Source of the DNA: a virus
Taxonomy: Duplodnaviria > Caudoviricetes
Virus record (IMG/VR): IMGVR_UViG_3300008450_000043
Location: 1 to 59,827 of that record
Direction: 5' to 3' (one strand)
DNA: 59,827 bases
Positions 54,379-59,827 of the stretch are shown here, one piece after another. The notes beneath the pieces are model-generated. The model worked only from the letters and a program-made list of their open reading frames with translations. It made no database searches and had not been told where the DNA came from. A program made the translations under genes and the position numbers. The first letter of the stretch is position 1; every line of letters starts with the position of its first letter.

Positions 54379-54945
54379 TCAACGGAACTTCGGGCCGATA
54401 AACCAAGTCACCAAAGAGTAGCGAACGCCCAACTTTACGGGAGTCACGCGATGGCGGTTGAACGACGGGAAGAAGATCACGTCGCCTTGGTTGACAAACT
54501 GCCCTTCTGCGAGCGGGTCACTGGCAAACTCCAACTTACCGCCTGTGTAGTCATCGGGTTTCGATAACTGAATGACCATGCTCATCTTGCGATCAAACGG
54601 GGTCGCTTTGAGCCAGTTCAAATCTTCGTGCCATCCATAGCCGCCAGAGTTGTCTGCGTTGTACTCGGTGAATTGAACTTCGTGGAAGCCCCTTACATCG
54701 AAGCCAAAAGCATTCGCATTGGCTTGGAGTGCCAGCTTCTCGATACGGTCGTAGAACCAGCTCAAGGTCGGGTCGGAACGGCTGAGCCATCGAACAGTGG
54801 AGCGTCGCAAATGGTCGTCCACTACTGATTTTCCGCCGTGCCCAACCGTCGCTTGAACTGGCCTATGCGTAAGCCCGTATTTGACGAGAGTCGAACATTC
54901 TTCTTCGGAGAGTGCTTTACCAAAAAGTTGCCACCATGAGGTCAT
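54379..54945 (-). CDS. 2OG-Fe(II) oxygenase (prolyl-hydroxylase/PKHD-like)
   Basis: RRS.V.W, WHED, RK.S, Y.GG.L, FPS...HRV.PV..G.RYSLV.W. Confidence 0.92.
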   Translation of the reverse strand: MTSWWQLFGKALSEEECSTLVKYGLTHRPVQATVGHGGKSVVDDHLRRSTVRWLSRSDPTLSWFYDRIEKLALQANANAFGFDVRGFHEVQFTEYNADNSGGYGWHEDLNWLKATPFDRKMSMVIQLSKPDDYTGGKLEFASDPLAEGQFVNQGDVIFFPSFNRHRVTPVKLGVRYSLVTWFIGPKFR

Positions 54946-55709
54946 ACAAAGGCTTGATTCCAGAATTGTTTTGCTGCTCGCATCTGTTCTTCCGTCTTGG
55001 AAGGCAGACGCCAGTCTGGATAAGCCGCTTGGATGCCGAATACAAGGTCAAACTTTCCGCAAGCACTTCTAAAGCGTGCAGTCTCCTCACTGATAGCGGC
55101 GGAGTATTTCTTCTCCAGACCATCACCAGCAGGAACGATGTCGAGGAACCAAGGACGCGCACCTTCGGTCACGGCAAAGGCATAGATACCTTCGGACGTG
55201 GACACAACGGAGTCTTTGGGGCCGGGGTCACCTGTTGGGCCTGTGGGGCCTGTGGGTCCAGTAGGACCGTCGGGACCTGTTGGGCCGGGAGGACCAGTAG
55301 GACCGGGAGGGCCACCGGGGTCGCCAGTAGGTCCAGTGGGGCCTACGGGTCCAGTAGGGCCGTCGGAACCCGGAGGACCCGCTGGTCCGGGGAGACCGGG
55401 AAGGCCGTCGGGACCTGTCGGGCCAGAAGGGCCGGGAGGTCCGGGAGGGCCACCGGGGTCGCCAGTTGGTCCCGTAGGTCCAGTTGGTCCGGGGTCTCCT
55501 GTGGGTCCTGTGGGTCCGGTTGGCCCAGTAGGGCCATCGGAACCTGTTGGGCCGGGGGGTCCGGGAGAGCCAGTAGGTCCGGGAGGGCCACCGGGGTCGC
55601 CGGGGGTTCCTGCTGGCCCAGTGGGTCCAGTAGGCCCGGTAGGGCCCGTTGGTCCGGGGGAACCCCCGCCACCTAATTCAAGAGTTCCTGTGAATGGGTT
55701 GAAAGTCAT
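54942..55709 (-). CDS. Collagen-like protein
   Basis: About 50 Gly-X-Y triplets (GPT, GPP, GDP) with three GG interruptions. Confidence 0.92.
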   Translation of the reverse strand: MTFNPFTGTLELGGGGSPGPTGPTGPTGPTGPAGTPGDPGGPPGPTGSPGPPGPTGSDGPTGPTGPTGPTGDPGPTGPTGPTGDPGGPPGPPGPSGPTGPDGLPGLPGPAGPPGSDGPTGPVGPTGPTGDPGGPPGPTGPPGPTGPDGPTGPTGPTGPTGDPGPKDSVVSTSEGIYAFAVTEGARPWFLDIVPAGDGLEKKYSAAISEETARFRSACGKFDLVFGIQAAYPDWRLPSKTEEQMRAAKQFWNQAFV

Positions 55710-55930
55710 GACTTGGTGATGGAAGTGACGTTATCGCCCGTGTAACCAAAAGTAAGAGTCGCAACAGTTGTTCCGCCAGAGCCTCCCTTTTTGTACACCA
55801 TCTGAGTCACTTTACCGTCAGTCCAACTCAGACTGCAATAATCTGCCCCAAAGGGGAGTGAGGCCGCAGGTATCTGAGACACCTTAGCTTCGGCTTCAAC
55901 GACAATTCCATGGGCGTCATGTATAAGCAT
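55706..55930 (-). CDS. Small structural protein
   Basis: YKKGG.GGT.VATLTF.Y motif; ATGA overlap. Confidence 0.65.
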   Translation of the reverse strand: MLIHDAHGIVVEAEAKVSQIPAASLPFGADYCSLSWTDGKVTQMVYKKGGSGGTTVATLTFGYTGDNVTSITKS

Positions 55931-55932
55931 AA

Positions 55933-56229
55933 TCAGGCGACAGATTTGAGCTTTTCTTCAACTGCGGCGAGGAAACTTTGACGGCTGGGGGCCATGACCA
56001 TACCATTTTCATCGGGGCCAACCTTTTCACTTTCGCCCTCTTCTTCACCTTCTTCTTCGCCCTCTTCTTCACCTTCTTCGCTTTCTTGAGCGACGGGGAC
56101 GCCTTCAATGGCTTCGATGATGAGCATGCCGTTTTCCAGCTTGCAGTTGGCGACGAGGTCAAATGTGGACCCTTCCTGAGCGTCTTCAGGGAGTTCCAAA
56201 CCTTCAGGGACTGAGATAGAGATTTTCAT
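55933..56229 (-). CDS. Small acidic protein
   Basis: EEGEEEG repeats; follows capsid gene. Confidence 0.7.
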   Translation of the reverse strand: MKISISVPEGLELPEDAQEGSTFDLVANCKLENGMLIIEAIEGVPVAQESEEGEEEGEEEGEEEGESEKVGPDENGMVMAPSRQSFLAAVEEKLKSVA

Positions 56230-56242
56230 GTTCAGGAGGGAA

Positions 56243-56270
56243 GAGCCCGGGGCGGTGAAGCCCCGGGCTC
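56243..56270 (-). terminator. Hairpin downstream of major capsid gene
   Basis: Perfect 11-bp stem GAGCCCGGGGC/GCCCCGGGCTC with 6-nt loop. Confidence 0.65.
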
Positions 56271-56285
56271 AAGGTTTGGGTTTGA

Positions 56286-57497
56286 TTAGGCTTCGATCAG
56301 CTCACCGTCACAATCCGTGACGCTAAGGACCGGGCCGCAGCGGCGGAAGCGAACAACCGTGGCCACATCCGGCTGGAGGGGCTTGGTAGCGCACTGGAAC
56401 ACACCGCGGAAGCGACCGATGGTGCCGTCCGGGTTGTCGGTTTCGTGCAGGATGTTGCTCCAGCGGAACTCGCCCATGTAGGAAACTGGGTCGAACTTGA
56501 TGCCAGCACCGGGGTTGGTGAGTGGCTTCGGCACTTGGAACTCGCAAGCCTCACGGCAGAAGACGACAGCGTCTTCATACAGAGCGGTCTCGTATGCGGG
56601 GTTCAACACCCAGCGGTTGCCAGAGGTAGCCGCTTCCTCAACGAAGGGAAGGACCTCGACCCAGTCACCGTCAGCGATGTTGTGGCGCTTGGGGAACATA
56701 TCCATGAGGTGGTACCAGCCCTTGTAGGAGCGCTCCACACCGAGGGGAGCCAGAAGCTCATTGACCCGGCTGGAATAGCGGAAGTCTTCGCGGATGTTCT
56801 GCACACCAAGGCCGAACAGAAGCTGCTCCTGTGCTTCAGGGGAGCACATGACAGCATAAACTGGACGACCATTTTCCATACCCCAAGGCTCCACACCTTC
56901 ACGCAGGTTACGCAGATAGATCTTATCAAGCACAGCCTGATTGATCTTACCGATCTTGGTGACATCCGCTGGGATGGTGAACTCATCTGGGTCGCCTTCG
57001 ACCGAGGACATACCAGCCACGATGGTGAGCTTGTGCTCAGCGAGCTCGGTGTACTTGTCACGGTAGTGGTTTTCCCAAGCCCACTGGGTGTTGTACTTGA
57101 GGATGTTGAACATCGCAGTGAGCTGGTCTTTGCGCTTGGCGGCAAATCGCAGGTCATTGACGCAGATTTTTGGCGACTGAAGCGCTGCTCCTTGAAGGCC
57201 GTAGGAGCGGACTGTCTTGCCAAAAGAGATGTTGCCGGGAGAAGGCACGCAGCTCGTGGTGGTGCCTGCGGCTTGGTTGGAGATAGCACTCCATGTCAGG
57301 CCACTGGAAGGCAATGCGCGGTCCCAAGTAAGGACGTTGATTGAGTCACCCATTTCTTCAGGGAACTGAGAGCGGGGGGCGAGCTTAATCCAAGCGCTGG
57401 CGTTGATGACTTTTTGATGGATGTCATCCGAGATGCGACCGGCTTCGGCCACAAGGATAGAGTTGACGTTGTCGAGACTGAAATCACCGAGAGACAT
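56286..57497 (-). CDS. Major capsid protein (putative)
   Basis: 403 aa, strongly biased codons, after portal and scaffold, followed by hairpin. Confidence 0.75.
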   Translation of the reverse strand: MSLGDFSLDNVNSILVAEAGRISDDIHQKVINASAWIKLAPRSQFPEEMGDSINVLTWDRALPSSGLTWSAISNQAAGTTTSCVPSPGNISFGKTVRSYGLQGAALQSPKICVNDLRFAAKRKDQLTAMFNILKYNTQWAWENHYRDKYTELAEHKLTIVAGMSSVEGDPDEFTIPADVTKIGKINQAVLDKIYLRNLREGVEPWGMENGRPVYAVMCSPEAQEQLLFGLGVQNIREDFRYSSRVNELLAPLGVERSYKGWYHLMDMFPKRHNIADGDWVEVLPFVEEAATSGNRWVLNPAYETALYEDAVVFCREACEFQVPKPLTNPGAGIKFDPVSYMGEFRWSNILHETDNPDGTIGRFRGVFQCATKPLQPDVATVVRFRRCGPVLSVTDCDGELIEA

Positions 57498-57628
57498 AGT
57501 GAGAATTGAGAAAAAGGTTACACGTGAGGCGCTGCTTTAGCAGAACCGAGGATTCCCACGAGCCAATGGGGGAGCGTGCTCAATAAACTAACTACATCGG
57601 TTTTTAGAAGGCCGACAACCTCAACGCA

Positions 57629-57657
57629 ATTCCACCATACAATGGCTATAACGTCAA
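57629..57657 (-). promoter_or_regulatory. Possible promoter for capsid gene
   Basis: Minus-strand TTGACG-N17-TGGAAT. Confidence 0.35.
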
Positions 57658-58814
57658 GCGGCTTTTCCAGAAAAACGAGACTCAATCGCGTCAAGGAAGC
57701 TCCCCGGCTTGGCTGCGGGGGCTGCTGTCAATGGAGACCCACCTCCGTCACCATGGTTCCCTCCGGGGGATGCTCCAGTCAGAGCGGCAATCTGCCCTTT
57801 GAGATTCTCAATCTCAGTTAGGGCTTCACGATGAGCCGCCACAACTTTGGGGAGTGCCGCCCCTGCAAACGCAGAGTAAGCCACCAGAGTAGGGTCTGTG
57901 CCCTGAAGGTCAGCCGTAGCGGCGATGCGCCGAACTTCAGCAGCAATGGTAGCGTCTTTCAGGATGGGGGTGCGGTCTTCCAGAAGTTTCCATGTCTGGT
58001 CTTCTGCAACCTTCCGCTGGGCTAGTCGAGCAACTTCGGCAGCCCGGGAAGCCGCTGTACGGTCTGCCTCAATCTTTTTGAGGGTTTCGCTGGCATTGGT
58101 TTCCATCTGGGTCTTGACAGCAAAGACGTGGTCAAAGTCTTCCGCGGCCTTGTAGAGACGCAGGCGGTCAGGCTCAAGCATCGGCTCGGCAAGAGCCGCC
58201 AGTTTTTTGACACGAATTTTGGGATCATTTTCCACCACAGCGTCAAACAGCTTATCCGAGTCAAGCTCATAGGTAGATCCCAGCGTTGAGACCATATTCC
58301 GAAGGGCGTTGACGGGAGCCACGACAGCATCTTGATACTCCTGAGTAGCTTCCAGTCGAGAAACTGAAAGCTCCCCCTCATACTTGGAAAGGCGCTCTTT
58401 GGCAGAGGCCAGCTCTTGTTCCAAGGTCGAAAGTTCAGCTGGCTTGGCCGTAGCACGGAGTTCCTCCAGCTCTTTTTGGGCAGCTGTATGGGCAGCCTTG
58501 GCTTCTTTAAGCTGCTTGCGAAGCGTGCCCCAAGCAACTTTACCTTTGTCAGTCAACCCAGTGGGAGTTGGGTCGTCTTCTCCGGCAGCGGGGTCTGCCG
58601 CAGCAGCGGCGGCAGGAGCGGGGTCAGAAGGGTCTGGGGTTTCAGCAGGGGCAGGATCGGCTGCCGCAGGTTCAGGAGCTTGACCAAAGAGGGCGTCGAG
58701 CCGTCCAAGCATAGGGACAGACTCACTGCTGCTCAACGAAGGGGCGGCAGGGGCTTCAGTGGCGGGGGCGGTAGAGGCAGGGGCTTCGGTAGCGGGGGCG
58801 GCGGTAGGGTCCAT
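57654..58814 (-). CDS. Capsid scaffolding protein (putative)
   Basis: Pro/Ala/acidic N-terminus, long coiled coil, directly upstream of MCP. Confidence 0.7.
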   Translation of the reverse strand: MDPTAAPATEAPASTAPATEAPAAPSLSSSESVPMLGRLDALFGQAPEPAAADPAPAETPDPSDPAPAAAAAADPAAGEDDPTPTGLTDKGKVAWGTLRKQLKEAKAAHTAAQKELEELRATAKPAELSTLEQELASAKERLSKYEGELSVSRLEATQEYQDAVVAPVNALRNMVSTLGSTYELDSDKLFDAVVENDPKIRVKKLAALAEPMLEPDRLRLYKAAEDFDHVFAVKTQMETNASETLKKIEADRTAASRAAEVARLAQRKVAEDQTWKLLEDRTPILKDATIAAEVRRIAATADLQGTDPTLVAYSAFAGAALPKVVAAHREALTEIENLKGQIAALTGASPGGNHGDGGGSPLTAAPAAKPGSFLDAIESRFSGKAA

Positions 58815-58837
58815 AGGGTATCAGGTAGGTTAGTAGG

Positions 58838-59203
58838 TTACTTTTTAGCGCGAGGTTTTCTAGTGCTCGAAGGCTTAGACTTTTCAATAGGGGCGGGGCT
58901 AAAATCAGTTTTGGTCACCCAGTCCCACGAAGGCGTCTGGTTGATCTCACGCGCACGCTCCAGTTTGGCAAGATGATCTGGATTGAGGTTCACCAAATTC
59001 CTCATAGCAACCAAGCAAGCTTGGAAACCAGCATTGAACTGGTGGTCGTTTGCCAGCTGCGTGGGGGTTGTTTCGGGTGTTGCACGCTGCAACACCGTCA
59101 TTTGGCGGAGAACTGTCAAGGCGTCAGTTCCGCATGAGGAGTTAAGGAACTCCTGAAGAGTGGCGGCATGGGTCGGATGCCGTGTCCATTTGATGATGTC
59201 CAT
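58838..59203 (-). CDS. Hypothetical head-assembly protein
   Basis: Between portal and scaffold. Confidence 0.6.
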   Translation of the reverse strand: MDIIKWTRHPTHAATLQEFLNSSCGTDALTVLRQMTVLQRATPETTPTQLANDHQFNAGFQACLVAMRNLVNLNPDHLAKLERAREINQTPSWDWVTKTDFSPAPIEKSKPSSTRKPRAKK

Positions 59204-59209
59204 TTGATG

Positions 59210-59827
59210 TTAGGGAAGGATTCCGAGGCGGGCCTGCTTGGCCCGGGCATCGGCATCCACAAGCATGCGCTTTTGGTTAGCTTCTGCAACCTGCAAACGC
59301 ATTTTCAACTCATGTTTTTCCTGCTCCATTTTCAGCTGGAGGTTGTGCTCCGCAAGCTTTTTCTCCATTTCAGGAGAGAGTCCCGTCGGTTGGTTGGCTT
59401 CTGCAACCCCCTGTTCGGCTTGCAGCTTCTGAAGCTTCCGCAGTTTTTCCTGTCCGTTGTAGATGAACTCACCATACTGCTGGAGCTGTTGGCGGAAACC
59501 AGCAACAGCCTGTGTGATTGCTGGGTCAGCGCCTCCCATGACAACATGTTGGGTCGCGTGAGCGTGGACACGGAACATGGGTTCCACTACCTGCACAATA
59601 TCTACTGCGCCGGACTCGATCTGGTTGGCGGTTTGAGCAAGCCATTCCATGTGCCTCCGCAGATGCGGGATATGAGCCTCGTTGGAGAGTGCGTCCACTG
59701 GCGTGCCAGCCACAAGTGCAGCGTTTTCGAGCACAGCCAGCTTATCGTCAACCGTGGTGCGGCTCTCGCTATTCGGAGCTACGTAGCGGTCCACAAGGTC
59801 GTAGCCGACAAGGTTTGCCACGCGGTC
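59210..59827 (-). CDS. Portal protein C-terminus, 5'-truncated
   Basis: Frame open to window edge (DRVANL...); EN...G, H..HL..H and Q-rich coiled tail; gene order. Confidence 0.65.
   Translation of the reverse strand, partial: DRVANLVGYDLVDRYVAPNSESRTTVDDKLAVLENAALVAGTPVDALSNEAHIPHLRRHMEWLAQTANQIESGAVDIVQVVEPMFRVHAHATQHVVMGGADPAITQAVAGFRQQLQQYGEFIYNGQEKLRKLQKLQAEQGVAEANQPTGLSPEMEKKLAEHNLQLKMEQEKHELKMRLQVAEANQKRMLVDADARAKQARLGILP

Noticed and set aside
55198-55719. Plus-strand 173-aa collagen-like ORF
   Set aside because: GGN-CCN codons read as Gly/Pro on both strands; the minus-strand gene has coupling and proper termini
1-59827. Stop-codon reassignment, DGR or retron
   Set aside because: Genes tile densely under the standard code with all three stops used; no reverse transcriptase motifs seen

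Overview
This window looks like a nearly complete dsDNA tailed-phage genome with podovirus-like organisation (no tape measure or tail tube recognised, several large internal/ejection proteins). The missing part lies between the terminase large subunit, which runs off the left edge on the minus strand and is absent from the ORF track, and the portal, which runs off the right edge. Layout: TerL (-); a replication/recombination operon (+) with tyrosine recombinase, RuvC-like resolvase, N6-adenine MTase, an SF2 helicase-Cas4-like nuclease fusion, an SSB-like protein, a Leu762-type PolA and a primase-SF3 helicase; a putative origin and a probable genome-end region (11.6-13 kb); an early/accessory region (+, 13-30 kb) of small genes, a MoxR-AAA/zincin/vWA triad, HTH proteins, HAD, dNMP kinase, matrixin, two tandem non-canonical tRNA-like RNAs and a PD-(D/E)XK nuclease; and a minus-strand morphogenesis arm (portal, scaffold, major capsid, collagen-like protein plus 2OG-Fe(II) oxygenase, lysis cassette containing a stand-alone PAS protein, Ig/FN3 protein, ejection proteins, 4453-aa polyvalent protein). 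SD-less A/C-rich leaders, the recombinase type, He_PIG repeats and the YkuD-like lysin suggest a Verrucomicrobia/PVC host (inference). Most notable: (1) a family of repeated hairpin elements between early genes (GTTGCA-N3/4-TGCAAC and GGCAA..TGCC), with the GTTGC/GCAAC stem also forming the D-arm of one tRNA-like RNA; (2) the two aberrant tRNA-like RNAs next to a nuclease; (3) a small basic gene overprinted inside the giant protein; (4) a PAS domain inside the lysis cassette; (5) a collagen-like protein coupled to a candidate prolyl hydroxylase. All family assignments come from motif recognition by eye; no searches were run.
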